Of a stretch of 59,034 nucleotides of DNA, positions 29,720 through 39,909 are shown in pieces (position 1 is the stretch's first letter; each line of letters starts with the position of its first letter). The notes below the pieces were generated by a model. It made no database searches, was not told the origin of the DNA, and saw only the letters and a list, made by a program, of their open reading frames with translations. Made by a program: the position numbers and the translations under genes. The DNA lies in assembly GCA_937958375.1 (NCBI GenBank), contig CALGNY010000210.1:1-59034 (forward strand), written 5' to 3'. Source of the DNA: an uncultured Bacillaceae bacterium. Its GTDB lineage: Bacteria; Bacillota; Bacilli; Bacillales; Alkalibacillaceae.

Positions 29720-31198
29720 ATGGATAATTTCAACGTGTTCCATGACATATCGAAACGGACAAACGGAGATATCTACTTAGGCGTTGTCGGAGCGGTTCGT
29801 ACAGGCAAATCAACATTCATCAAGAAATTTATGAATCAAGTCGTTTTGCCGAATATCGAATCAGAGGAAGAACGTGATCGTGCAACAGATGAACTACCAC
29901 AAAGTGCAGCAGGGAAAACCATCATGACGACAGAGCCAAAGTTCATACCGAACAATGCTGTACAAATCTCTGTGGATGATGGGCTGGAAGTGAAGGTAAG
30001 ATTGGTCGATTGTGTTGGTTATACAGTCGACAGTGCAAAAGGTTTTGAGGATGAGAATGGTCCAAGAATGATTCATACGCCATGGTACGAAGAGGCCATA
30101 CCATTTCATGATGCGGCGGAAATCGGGACTCGGAAGGTCATTCAAGAACACTCGACAATCGGTGTCGTCGTTACGACAGACGGTTCATTCGGTGAAATTC
30201 CACGAAAAGATTATGTAGAATCCGAAGAACGGGTCGTAGAAGAATTGAAGGAGGTCGGCAAACCATTTATCATGGTGTTGAACTCCTCTCGGCCACATGA
30301 TCAAGATACCATTGAGCTTCGAAATGAATTGGCCGAAAAATACAACATTCCGGTCATTCCAGTATCTGTTGAGGATCTTAGAGAAGGAGACATCCATAAC
30401 ATCCTTCGTGAAGCACTCTTTGAGTTTCCTGTCATCGAAGTCAATGTCAACCTCCCTAGCTGGGTGATGTCCTTAAAAGAGGAACATTGGTTACGCAGAC
30501 AGTTCCAAGATGCCATCCAAGAGACGGTGAAAGACATACGCCGCCTGCGGGATGTCGACCACGTCGTCGGAAATTTCTACGATTATGAGTTTGTAACGGA
30601 AGCTAGACTTTCCGGAATGGAAATGGGCGAAGGGGTCGCGGAAATCGACTTACATGCTTCGGATGAGCTATACGATCAAGTGCTGAACGAGATTGTCGGT
30701 GTTGAGATTCGAGGGAAAGACCATCTTTTGGAGCTCATTCAGGACTATGCGGATGCAAAAAGAGAATACGATCAATTCGAAGAAGCCATCGCCATGGTCA
30801 AACAGACAGGATACGGTGTTGCGAATCCAGCCATCGAAGACATGAAGCTTGAAGAACCAGAAATCATTCGCCAGGGCCCACGGTATGGTGTCCGATTAAA
30901 AGCTGTCGCACCATCGATCCATATGATCAAAGTCGAAGTGGAATCGGAATTTGCACCGATTATCGGAACAGAAAAACAGAGCGAAGAACTCGTCAGATAC
31001 TTGATGCAAGATTTCGAAGAGGACCCATTATCCATCTGGAAGTCGGATATTTTCGGGCGATCGCTTAGCTCAATCGTCAGGGAAGGAATCCATGCCAAAC
31101 TGACACTGATGCCTGAACATGCTCGCTATAAATTAAAAGATACATTAGAACGAATCATTAATGAAGGCAGTGGTGGACTCATCGCCATTATCCTATAA
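29720..31198 (+). CDS. spoIVA: Stage IV sporulation protein A
   Basis: GVVGAVRTGKSTFIK Walker A, MTTEPKF, C-terminal NEGSGGLIAIIL; 492 aa. Confidence 0.98.
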   Translation: MDNFNVFHDISKRTNGDIYLGVVGAVRTGKSTFIKKFMNQVVLPNIESEEERDRATDELPQSAAGKTIMTTEPKFIPNNAVQISVDDGLEVKVRLVDCVGYTVDSAKGFEDENGPRMIHTPWYEEAIPFHDAAEIGTRKVIQEHSTIGVVVTTDGSFGEIPRKDYVESEERVVEELKEVGKPFIMVLNSSRPHDQDTIELRNELAEKYNIPVIPVSVEDLREGDIHNILREALFEFPVIEVNVNLPSWVMSLKEEHWLRRQFQDAIQETVKDIRRLRDVDHVVGNFYDYEFVTEARLSGMEMGEGVAEIDLHASDELYDQVLNEIVGVEIRGKDHLLELIQDYADAKREYDQFEEAIAMVKQTGYGVANPAIEDMKLEEPEIIRQGPRYGVRLKAVAPSIHMIKVEVESEFAPIIGTEKQSEELVRYLMQDFEEDPLSIWKSDIFGRSLSSIVREGIHAKLTLMPEHARYKLKDTLERIINEGSGGLIAIIL

Positions 31199-31204
31199 TT
31201 TCCT

Positions 31205-31232
31205 AAAAGCGACATATACTGTCGCTTTTTTT
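31205..31232 (+). terminator. Terminator after spoIVA
   Basis: AAAAGCGACA / TGTCGCTTTT plus T run. Confidence 0.85.
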
Positions 31233-31295
31233 GTGTTTCAAATGAGAAATATGTCTTAAAACGTTGATAAATTAGGTTTTTTAGGCATTTTTATA

Positions 31296-31324
31296 TTGAA
31301 ACAGGGTTATGCTTGTGATACGAT
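31296..31324 (+). promoter_or_regulatory. Putative SigA promoter of hbs
   Basis: TTGAAA-N17-TACGAT with TG extension. Confidence 0.6.
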
Positions 31325-31547
31325 TCAAATACGCTAAGCCCTTTGCCTGCAATGATTGCATCAGAAAGGCCTGTATCAGTTGGTTTGGATATTTGCTATG
31401 ACTTGCAGCAGGCGATGATTTTTGTTTAACTAAAATCATGATATTCAAATGAGAACTTCCTTGTACCATTAAGTTGCTGTGGGAATGACTGATTTCCATA
31501 AGCAATTTAATAGATGTCAACTCACTCTTTGAGAGGAGGTGAGACGG

Positions 31548-31820
31548 ATGAACAAAACGGATTTAATCAATTCTGTTGCTGAACAAGCCGATCTTTCTAA
31601 AAAAGATGCTTCTAACGCAGTGGATGCAGTATTCGAGGCGATTACTGGATCATTGAAAAAATCAGAAAAAGTACAGCTTATTGGTTTCGGTAACTTTGAG
31701 GTACGTGAGCGTTCTGCTCGTAAGGGACGTAACCCTCAAACTGGTGAACAAATCGATATCCCTGCAAGTAAAGTCCCAGCATTTAAAGCTGGTAAAGCCC
31801 TAAAGGATGCTGTGAAATAG
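31548..31820 (+). CDS. hbs: DNA-binding protein HU (HBsu)
   Basis: [28 protein letters not shown]; ATG after AGGAGGTG. Confidence 0.98.
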   Translation: MNKTDLINSVAEQADLSKKDASNAVDAVFEAITGSLKKSEKVQLIGFGNFEVRERSARKGRNPQTGEQIDIPASKVPAFKAGKALKDAVK

Positions 31821-31823
31821 CAG

Positions 31824-33524
31824 TTACATAGGGCGAACGTTGAAAAGAGGCTGGGACATAACTAGCCTCAAATAATTAAAAATGGTGCCAATCATAATAT
31901 TTAAATGATTGGCACCATTTTTTTTGGTGTATTTATCGTAAGGTCCACTATGCCCACTGTTCATGGCTGTAAGTTTTCTTAGATTTACAGCCATGAACGC
32001 AAATCCTAATTCATTTGCCACTTTCGCTTTGCCCCTAACGGACATGCGAGTGAAACTCAAATTAGCCTTCAGAAATCCAAAAACCGGTTCTACATCAACT
32101 TTACGCTTACTGTAGATTTCCCCAGTTTTTTCGTCTGAAAGCTTTTCACGTGTATATTCTTTTTGTTGCTCCCATTTTTGGTTGTATAAAATTCTTCGGT
32201 TGTTGCCTTCTTTGGCGGTCGTACACATAGACCGTAAGGGGCAACCGGAACAATCTTCACACTCGTAAACTTTGAAAGTTCTAGTAAAGCCATAACGATC
32301 TGTACGTTTAGAGACATAACGGAACGTTAATTGTCGATTGTTTGGACAAGTAAAAGAATCCGTTTCCTCATCATATTGCCAATTCTTCGTGTTGAATGGA
32401 TCATTTTTATACTTCCGTTGATTTTCTTTTCTGTATTGATTGTATGTAATCAGTGGTGTGCAATCGCGATTCTCAATAATATCGGCATAGTTAGCTTCAC
32501 TGCCATACCCAGCATCTGCGACAATATAGTTTGGTAAATCAAAAAAATGCTCCTCGATATGATCTAGGAAGGGAAGCAATGTTCTTGTATCCGTAGGATT
32601 CGGGAAAACATCATACGCAAGCGCAAATTGACCTTCGGTCGCCAGTTGTACATTATAGGCTGGCTTTAGTTGTCCGTTCTTCATATAGTCATCTTTCATA
32701 CGCATAAACGTGGCATCGTGATCCGTTTTTGAATAACTATTTCTTTCACCAAATATCTCCATATCCGATTGATACTTGAGTTTGCGCTGTACAAAACCCT
32801 GAAATTGCTTGCGGTATTGCTTAGGCGCTTTGCGCTCTGACCGAAGGTGTTTCCGTTCTTGGCCATTGTCATTCTCTTTAATCTTTTGATTGTATTTTTG
32901 CACTTTCTCGTCTAGTTGCTCCGCAATGGTTGATAGCTCTTCAACTGAAAGTTCATCTGAACTTTCCCGTTCAATTCCTGGAATGATTTCATTCTCTAAC
33001 AGTTCATCATACATCTGATTAGACTTTTCGATTAAACTGTCACTGTACTTTTCTGTAGATTTTCGCCAGTCAAATGTGAATTTATTGGCGTTTGCTTCGA
33101 TCTTGGTTCCATCAATAAAAATGGCTTCTTCATCAATCAACTCGTTTTTGATGAGTTGGCAGCGAAACTGTACAAAACATTGACGGATTAACTCTTTAAC
33201 TTCTGGTTGGACTCGAAATCGATTAATCGTTCGATAGCTGGGTTCATAGCCTTGAGCCAACCACATCATCCGTACACTATCTTTAACCATAGCTTCTATT
33301 TTCCTTCCGGAAAAAGCCGATTGAGTGTAGGCGCACAAAATAATTTTCATCATCATTTTTGGATGATAAGCAGGACAGCCTGTGTGACGAGAGAACTGAG
33401 TAAAAGCCTCATCTGGTATTTGTTCGATTAGATCGTTTACCGTGTAACCATTATCATCTTTATCTAATTTTACTTCTAAATCTAAAGGCAAAACCACTTG
33501 ATTCATGTTATAATGTTTAAACAT
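31824..33524 (-). CDS. IS1182-family DDE transposase
   Basis: YHPKMMMK..SGRKIE, IDGTKIEANA, SKTDHDATFM, ADAGYGSE, VEPVFG; uninterrupted 566 aa; AGGAGG SD. Confidence 0.93.
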   Translation of the reverse strand: MFKHYNMNQVVLPLDLEVKLDKDDNGYTVNDLIEQIPDEAFTQFSRHTGCPAYHPKMMMKIILCAYTQSAFSGRKIEAMVKDSVRMMWLAQGYEPSYRTINRFRVQPEVKELIRQCFVQFRCQLIKNELIDEEAIFIDGTKIEANANKFTFDWRKSTEKYSDSLIEKSNQMYDELLENEIIPGIERESSDELSVEELSTIAEQLDEKVQKYNQKIKENDNGQERKHLRSERKAPKQYRKQFQGFVQRKLKYQSDMEIFGERNSYSKTDHDATFMRMKDDYMKNGQLKPAYNVQLATEGQFALAYDVFPNPTDTRTLLPFLDHIEEHFFDLPNYIVADAGYGSEANYADIIENRDCTPLITYNQYRKENQRKYKNDPFNTKNWQYDEETDSFTCPNNRQLTFRYVSKRTDRYGFTRTFKVYECEDCSGCPLRSMCTTAKEGNNRRILYNQKWEQQKEYTREKLSDEKTGEIYSKRKVDVEPVFGFLKANLSFTRMSVRGKAKVANELGFAFMAVNLRKLTAMNSGHSGPYDKYTKKNGANHLNIMIGTIFNYLRLVMSQPLFNVRPM

Positions 33525-33688
33525 AAAGAATCCTCCTTTGTTGGTTGTTTTGTGGTTATTACAATTTTACCAAAGGGGATTCTTTTTGTTTATACAATTA
33601 ATTAAAATTTCTATAGAAAAATCGTGGAGACACATCAATAAGATGAATCTCCACGATTTTTTATTTTACTGGGTTTTGTCCCAGCCTC
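31847..33688 (-). mobile_element. IS1182-family insertion sequence (ends approximate)
   Basis: Terminal inverted repeats GAGGCTGGGACA(T/A)AAC at both ends, extended by flanking AAAA/TTTT; encloses the transposase; no clear direct repeat. Confidence 0.88.
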
Positions 33689-33780
33689 TTTTTATTTTGC
33701 ATAAAAAAGTTTCGTCATGTTAGCGAAATTGAAGCGAACATGCTAAAATATCAGAGGAGTCAAAGAACAAAAGTGGCTGG

Positions 33781-34440
33781 GTGATTTGCTTGAATCTAAT
33801 TAATGAATCGAACCAACAATTCGTCAACGATTTTTTGAATCGTTTTAAACATACTTACGTCGATGAAAGACATTATGAAATGGTCCGTTTAAATGATCAA
33901 TTATATTTCTTTCATCAGCTTTCGCGGCTCAATGAAGAAGATGATCAAGTCGTTTTTGATGCCGTTGTCCATATGCAAATCTCCCTGCAAATCCATGATT
34001 TGGTTGAATTTCGTTTTACGCCTGAATATCTTCCGACCGAAACGGAAGAGTCCAACCAGATGAATGCGTTGCTTGGGGACTATCATAGTGCCTGGTTCTA
34101 TAAGCTATTGGCCGGTCATGGTAAGCTGGACGCTCTTCATCACTTTGTCCAACCTGTGAAGCGAATCAACCAATTGAAAATGGAGTTACTTCATAATCAA
34201 GCGTTGTCGGATGAAGAAAAGATGGATGCCATCGAAACGATCTACATGGGCTTATTCGATGCCTATGCAGATTATTATTCGATTGAACAATACCCGACAG
34301 AGCGGAAACGAATTGCCTATCATTTTATTTTTCGTGAGCAACCGTTTTGGATGAACCGGATGCAATCTGAGAGAAAAATAGGTGAGGTTTGGAAAGAGAG
34401 AAAGGTACAGTTGGAAGCCGAACTGATTAACTGCCAATGA
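33781..34440 (+). CDS. hepS: Heptaprenyl diphosphate synthase component I
   Basis: LQIHDLV and [14 protein letters not shown] motifs; precedes menG-hepT. Start uncertain. Confidence 0.78.
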   Translation: MICLNLINESNQQFVNDFLNRFKHTYVDERHYEMVRLNDQLYFFHQLSRLNEEDDQVVFDAVVHMQISLQIHDLVEFRFTPEYLPTETEESNQMNALLGDYHSAWFYKLLAGHGKLDALHHFVQPVKRINQLKMELLHNQALSDEEKMDAIETIYMGLFDAYADYYSIEQYPTERKRIAYHFIFREQPFWMNRMQSERKIGEVWKERKVQLEAELINCQ

Positions 34441-34454
34441 AAGTAGGAAAACGA

Positions 34455-35159
34455 ATGGATCCTCAAACGAAATCAGAAAAAGTACATTCTGTTTTTGAAA
34501 AGATATATAACCGCTACGATAAAATGAATTCCATCATTTCCTTTCAACGTCATAAATCATGGCGAAAAGATGTCATGAAACGAATGAATGTCGAAGAGGG
34601 CTCAGATTGCCTGGATGTTTGTTGCGGAACAGGAGATTGGTCCATCGCTTTATCTTCGGCTGTTGGAGAGGAAGGAAATGTGGTCGGACTCGATTTTAGT
34701 CAAAACATGTTATCGATCGGTGAAAAGAAAATTGAAGAACAAGAAATAGAAAACATTACGTTCACACACGGTGATGCAATGAACTTACCGTATGAAAACG
34801 ATTCCTTTGATTATGTGACAATCGGGTTTGGACTGCGAAATGTTCCCGATTATGATCAGGTGTTAAAGGAGATGTATCGCGTCGTCAAACCAGGTGGAAA
34901 AGTTGTTTGCTTGGAAACATCCCAACCGACCCTACCCGTGTACAAACAATTATATTTCTTTTATTTCCGCCACATTATGCCATTTTTCGGGAAGCTCTTT
35001 GCGAAAAGCTACGATGAATATGCTTGGTTACACGAATCCACAAAAAATTTCCCTGATAAAGAAACATTGAAGGATATGTTTAGCCAAGCTGGATTTAAAA
35101 CCGTTCAAGTGAAGTCTTATGCACTGGGCGCCGCTGCCATGCATTTAGGTACCAAATAA
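34455..35159 (+). CDS. menG: Demethylmenaquinone methyltransferase
   Basis: [20 protein letters not shown]. Confidence 0.95.
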   Translation: MDPQTKSEKVHSVFEKIYNRYDKMNSIISFQRHKSWRKDVMKRMNVEEGSDCLDVCCGTGDWSIALSSAVGEEGNVVGLDFSQNMLSIGEKKIEEQEIENITFTHGDAMNLPYENDSFDYVTIGFGLRNVPDYDQVLKEMYRVVKPGGKVVCLETSQPTLPVYKQLYFFYFRHIMPFFGKLFAKSYDEYAWLHESTKNFPDKETLKDMFSQAGFKTVQVKSYALGAAAMHLGTK

Positions 35160-35178
35160 AGAGAAAAAGGTGAAACGG

Positions 35179-36153
35179 ATGAAACTTGCGACCACATTAT
35201 CGACCATCAAGCCTGAGATCGAACAGGTAGAAGATAAAATCAAGGAAATCACAACCGCAGAACGCACAACGATCAGCGATACGTCCAATCACCTGTTAGA
35301 GGCGGGCGGCAAACGAATTCGCCCTGTTTTCGTTTTGCTGGCATCGAAATTTGGCCAAGCCGACCGAGAAGATGTCATCCACGTTGCTGTTTCACTTGAA
35401 CTGATTCATATGGCATCTTTGGTACACGATGATGTGATTGACCATGCAACCATCCGCAGAGGCAGACCGACCGTAAATTATGCATGGGACAATGGGACGG
35501 CCATGTTTACGGGAGATTTTATTTTTGCCAAAGCAGTCGAATTGTTGCACCAAATGCATGAGCCAAGATTGCACAAGGTGTTATCCAATACGATTTATCA
35601 GTTAACCATTGGTGAGATTGAACAATTGCACGACCGTTATTCCATCGACCAAAGCCTGATCCGTTACTTCAGACGGATCAAAAGGAAGACGGCGTTGTTA
35701 ATTGCTTCAAGTACTGAGCTTGGTGCAATCTCTGGCCATTGTTCAGATGAAGAAATCAAGCATCTGAAGGATTTTGGTTATTATATTGGCATGGCCTATC
35801 AAATCATCGACGATATACTGGATTTCACCGCGACAGAAGAAGAACTCGGTAAGCCCGTCGGAAGTGATCTCTTGAATGGGCATCTAACATTGCCGACTAT
35901 TTTGGCTTTGCAGAATGACGTTGCTTCACGAAAATCAATCGAGACCTATTTTCACGAGCCTACGTACGAAAACAGAGAAGCAATTGAACATACAATCCAA
36001 ACAATCCGGAAGTCAACAGCGATTGAACAGTCTTATTCGTGGAGCGATTGTTATTTGGACCGGGCATTGGATGCATTACAGCAGTTGCCGAACCATCCGA
36101 TCAAAAAGACATTGCGGAAAATTGCGGTTTATTTGGGCAAACGAAAATATTAA
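35179..36153 (+). CDS. hepT: Heptaprenyl diphosphate synthase component II
   Basis: GGKRIRP, HDDVID, QIIDDILD. Confidence 0.93.
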   Translation: MKLATTLSTIKPEIEQVEDKIKEITTAERTTISDTSNHLLEAGGKRIRPVFVLLASKFGQADREDVIHVAVSLELIHMASLVHDDVIDHATIRRGRPTVNYAWDNGTAMFTGDFIFAKAVELLHQMHEPRLHKVLSNTIYQLTIGEIEQLHDRYSIDQSLIRYFRRIKRKTALLIASSTELGAISGHCSDEEIKHLKDFGYYIGMAYQIIDDILDFTATEEELGKPVGSDLLNGHLTLPTILALQNDVASRKSIETYFHEPTYENREAIEHTIQTIRKSTAIEQSYSWSDCYLDRALDALQQLPNHPIKKTLRKIAVYLGKRKY

Positions 36154-36267
36154 CGCATCCTCCAATGCCGTCAATCGTGGCGATTTAAATTGTAATTTTC
36201 GCCAATCTTTGATAAACTTTTTACGGTTTGAATGAAAAGAATAAATTATAGAAGAGGTGTTTGAATC

Positions 36268-36714
36268 ATGGAAAGAACATTCGTAATGGTCAAGCCTGAT
36301 GGGGTACAACGTAATTTGGTCGGTGACATCGTTTCTCGTTTTGAGAACAAAGGATTTAAATTGGCAGGTGCGAAATTGATGCAAATCTCTCAGAATCTTG
36401 CTGAGACCCATTACGGTGAGCATAGTGACAAGCCGTTTTTTGGTGAGCTAGTCGATTTCATCACATCCGGACCGGTTTTCGCGATGGTTTGGGAAGGTGA
36501 AAATGTCATCGCGACAGCGCGTAAAATGATGGGGGCAACCAATCCACAAGACGCAGATGTAGCTACCATCCGTGGCGACTTCGGATTGACTGTAGGCAAG
36601 AACGTCATTCACGGTTCTGATTCTGAAGAGTCTGCCAAACGTGAAATCGAGTTGTTTTTCTTGGAAGAAGAATTAGTTGATTATCAGAAAAATGATGAGA
36701 ACTGGGTCTATTAA
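36268..36714 (+). CDS. ndk: Nucleoside diphosphate kinase
   Basis: [19 protein letters not shown]. Confidence 0.97.
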   Translation: MERTFVMVKPDGVQRNLVGDIVSRFENKGFKLAGAKLMQISQNLAETHYGEHSDKPFFGELVDFITSGPVFAMVWEGENVIATARKMMGATNPQDADVATIRGDFGLTVGKNVIHGSDSEESAKREIELFFLEEELVDYQKNDENWVY

Positions 36715-36728
36715 ATAAAATTTTTCTC

Positions 36729-36755
36729 AACCGGCTGCGAATGCAGCTGGTTTTT
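36729..36755 (+). terminator. Terminator after ndk
   Basis: AACCGGCTGC / GCAGCTGGTT plus T run. Confidence 0.75.
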
Positions 36756-36850
36756 AATTTGGTTGCCCTTTTACTCTCTTGTTTCATCAATAGCAAAAAC
36801 AAACTTACTTCTTTATAATAGAGTTAGTATTCGATTAGGGGAGAAAGCAT

Positions 36851-37636
36851 GTGACAACCGATTATGCAGATTTTGTACAAGCCATCAAAAGACAGACAGG
36901 AATCGATTTAGGTTTATATAAAGAAAAACAAATGAAAAGACGATTGACTTCTTTACGAGATAAACGAGGGTTTCAAACATTTGCTGATTATTTCCGCGCC
37001 GTCAAGCGCGATGAACAACTCTTGCACGAACTATTGGACCGAATGACCATCAATGTCTCTGAATTTTTTCGAAACCCTTCAAGATGGGAACGCTTGCGAA
37101 CGAACCTTCTCCCTGATTTGATTGAGCATCAGAGAAAAGTGAATGTATGGAGTGCAGCTTGTTCAACGGGTGAAGAGCCGTATTCGCTGGCGATTCTTTT
37201 GCACGAGTTCCTGGATTGGAACCAAATCAGAATTCTTGCGACGGATTTGGATGAAACGGTATTACATAAAGCTGAGCAAGGGATTTATCACGAACGCTCG
37301 CTAAAAGAAGTTACACCTCAACAAAAAACAACTTATTTCAATAAGAACAATGAATTTTATCAAGTTTCTAATGAGCTTAAGCAGGTCATTACCTTCAAAA
37401 AACACAATTTGCTTGCAGATGATTATTCGGATCAGTACGATTTGATCTGTTGCAGAAACGTCTTGATTTATTTTACGGATGAGGCCAAAACATTTATCTA
37501 CAAACAATTTGCCAAGCATTTGAGAGAAGGCGGTATTTTATTTGTCGGAAGTACGGAACAAATCTTCCAGCCAGAGAAATATGGATTTGAAGCGATTGAT
37601 ACATTCTTTTATCAGAAAGTTAAACGGGGGTCATAG
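36851..37636 (+). CDS. cheR: Chemotaxis methyltransferase CheR
   Basis: TINVSEFFR, WSAACSTGEEPYS, CRNVLIYF. Confidence 0.96.
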   Translation: MTTDYADFVQAIKRQTGIDLGLYKEKQMKRRLTSLRDKRGFQTFADYFRAVKRDEQLLHELLDRMTINVSEFFRNPSRWERLRTNLLPDLIEHQRKVNVWSAACSTGEEPYSLAILLHEFLDWNQIRILATDLDETVLHKAEQGIYHERSLKEVTPQQKTTYFNKNNEFYQVSNELKQVITFKKHNLLADDYSDQYDLICCRNVLIYFTDEAKTFIYKQFAKHLREGGILFVGSTEQIFQPEKYGFEAIDTFFYQKVKRGS

Positions 37637-37639
37637 TCA

Positions 37640-38806
37640 ATGCGGTACTTAACAGCTGGTGAATCACATGGTAAACAATTAACGACCATTATCGAAGGGA
37701 TTCCCGCACAATTAGAATTATTGGCTGCCGATATCGATGATTCATTGATCCGCAGGCAAGGTGGTCACGGTAGAGGTCGTCGAATGAAGATCGAAAAAGA
37801 TTTGATTGAGATTACTTCCGGGGTCAGACACGGGTATACCCTCGGTTCGCCCATCAGTTTAGTATTGAAAAATGACGATTTTAAGCACTGGACCGACGTC
37901 ATGGGGATTGAGCCAATGTTGGATGAGACTGAAGTCAGACGTCGCATCAGCAAACCTCGTCCGGGCCATGCGGATTTGAATGGTGCATTAAAATATAATC
38001 ACCGGGACATCCGAAATGTTCTGGAGCGTTCATCTGCTAGAGAAACGGCTGCACGTGTGGCTGCCGGTGCGGTAGCAAAAAAACTACTGAAGGAAGTCGG
38101 GATTTCAGTCGTCGGTTTTGTGAAACAAATCCATCAAGTGAAAGCGAAAGATGTACCGGACTTATCGGTGCAGGAAAAAGTGCGCATTTCCAATGAGTCA
38201 CCGGTTTATGTCATCGATCGATCTGTTGAAGAGGAAATGAAACAAGCTATCGATCAAGCGAAGAAAGATGGCGATTCCATCGGCGGGATTTGTGAAGTTC
38301 ATGTGGAAGGGGTCCCTGCCGGATTAGGATCGCATGTTCAGTATGACCGAAAATTGGATGGAAAAATTGCCAGAGCGGTCATGAGCATCAATGCCTTTAA
38401 AGGCGTCGAATTCGGAGATGGATTCGAAGTAGCAAGCAAACGAGGTAGTGAAGTGCATGATGAAATCAGTTATGACGAATCCAAAGGTTATTATCGTGAA
38501 ACCAACCGACTTGGAGGATTTGAAGGTGGAATGACAACGGGAATGCCGATTGTCGTTAAAGGTGTGATGAAGCCGATCCCAACACTTTATAAACCACTGA
38601 ATAGTGTGGATATTGATTCGAAGGAACCGTTCAAGGCGAGTGTCGAACGCTCTGATGCGTGTGCAGTACCGGCAGCTTCTGTCGTCATGGAACATATCGT
38701 CGCATGGGAAGTCGCTTCAGCGATGCTCGAGCAGTTCCCTTCAGACTTCATGGAACAATTCAGCGAATCAGTTGCAACATACAGAGAAAGGATCCGGTTG
38801 TTTTGA
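37640..38806 (+). CDS. aroC: Chorismate synthase
   Basis: [31 protein letters not shown]. Confidence 0.96.
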   Translation: MRYLTAGESHGKQLTTIIEGIPAQLELLAADIDDSLIRRQGGHGRGRRMKIEKDLIEITSGVRHGYTLGSPISLVLKNDDFKHWTDVMGIEPMLDETEVRRRISKPRPGHADLNGALKYNHRDIRNVLERSSARETAARVAAGAVAKKLLKEVGISVVGFVKQIHQVKAKDVPDLSVQEKVRISNESPVYVIDRSVEEEMKQAIDQAKKDGDSIGGICEVHVEGVPAGLGSHVQYDRKLDGKIARAVMSINAFKGVEFGDGFEVASKRGSEVHDEISYDESKGYYRETNRLGGFEGGMTTGMPIVVKGVMKPIPTLYKPLNSVDIDSKEPFKASVERSDACAVPAASVVMEHIVAWEVASAMLEQFPSDFMEQFSESVATYRERIRLF

Positions 38807-39909
38807 AGGAAATTCGCGTAAAAGCCGCTTCTCATACGTATCCGGTTATGATTGGAAAAGGGTTAAGACATTCACTCGACACCATCATCCGCCATCCTTA
38901 TGAGCAAATCATCATTGTGACTGATTCAAACGTCAAAAACATCTATTTAGACGATTGCATAGCCACTTTGGATAAAAAATTCCGTATATTAACGTATACC
39001 ATTCCTTCTGGAGAGGCGTCCAAATCATTTGCAATGTACGAAAAGTTACAGAAGTTCCTACTAAACCACCGCGTATCCCGGAATTCCGCAATTCTGGCTT
39101 TGGGTGGGGGAGTGGTTGGTGATCTCGCTGGATTTGTGGCAGCTACCTATGCAAGAGGAATCGGATTCATTCAAATGCCAACAACCTTGCTTGCTCATGA
39201 TAGCAGTATCGGTGGGAAGGTCGCCATTAACCTTTCCGGAAAGAAAAACATCATCGGAAGTTTTTATCCACCACATCAAGTGATTGTTGATCTGGAATTT
39301 TTTAAGACATTAAATAAGCAAGAAAAGCGCTCGGGTCTTGCCGAAGTCATTAAGCATGGATTGATTGATGACACAAAACTCTATGAACAACTACTCAGTG
39401 AGGTTCATCCAGAAATCGATTATACAAGTGAGGTATTTGAGAAGGTCCTCGTCTGCTCGATTCAAGTTAAGCAAGACATTATCGAGCGTGATGAAAAGGA
39501 AGATGGGATCCGTGCTTATTTGAATTTTGGACATACATTTGGTCACGCACTGGAGGCATTAGAGACGAAAACCCAACGCACTCATGGGGAATGTGTCATG
39601 GTCGGAATGTTCTTTTCTCTTTGGGTCTCCAAGCAGCAGAACCAGATGATATCTTCATCCCTAGTCGAAAACTTATTGGACTGGGTCAACCGATTTGGCT
39701 ACCCATTGGAACTTCCTCAGAACACAACAGAAGAAATTTTCCGGAATATGACCCATGATAAGAAAAATGTGGGCAACCAAATCCAAATGGTGTTGCTAAA
39801 AAATCCGGGAGAACCTTATTTACAAGCATTTGATCCACAGTTCATGATAGAATTGATCGGCTCGTTTATAACCCGATGGAATCAAGGTGAGTTTATTGAA
39901 CAGTTTTAA
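38803..39909 (+). CDS. aroB: 3-dehydroquinate synthase
   Basis: [36 protein letters not shown]; TTG start overlapping the aroC stop. Confidence 0.93.
   Translation: MKEIRVKAASHTYPVMIGKGLRHSLDTIIRHPYEQIIIVTDSNVKNIYLDDCIATLDKKFRILTYTIPSGEASKSFAMYEKLQKFLLNHRVSRNSAILALGGGVVGDLAGFVAATYARGIGFIQMPTTLLAHDSSIGGKVAINLSGKKNIIGSFYPPHQVIVDLEFFKTLNKQEKRSGLAEVIKHGLIDDTKLYEQLLSEVHPEIDYTSEVFEKVLVCSIQVKQDIIERDEKEDGIRAYLNFGHTFGHALEALETKTQRTHGECVMVGMFFSLWVSKQQNQMISSSLVENLLDWVNRFGYPLELPQNTTEEIFRNMTHDKKNVGNQIQMVLLKNPGEPYLQAFDPQFMIELIGSFITRWNQGEFIEQF

Noticed and set aside
31281-31520. 79-aa minus-strand ORF upstream of hbs
   Set aside because: Antisense to the hbs promoter and leader; no SD or motifs.
33538-33723. 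61-aa ORF at the IS end
   Set aside because: Spans the IS hairpins and terminal repeat; no SD; likely spurious.
38659-38802. N-terminal extension of AroB, and similar long starts in the ORF track for resD, gudB, ypdA, rpsA, gpsA, yphE, dapB, bshA, panB and dinG
   Set aside because: Longest-ORF artefacts; downstream SD-supported starts match family N-termini.
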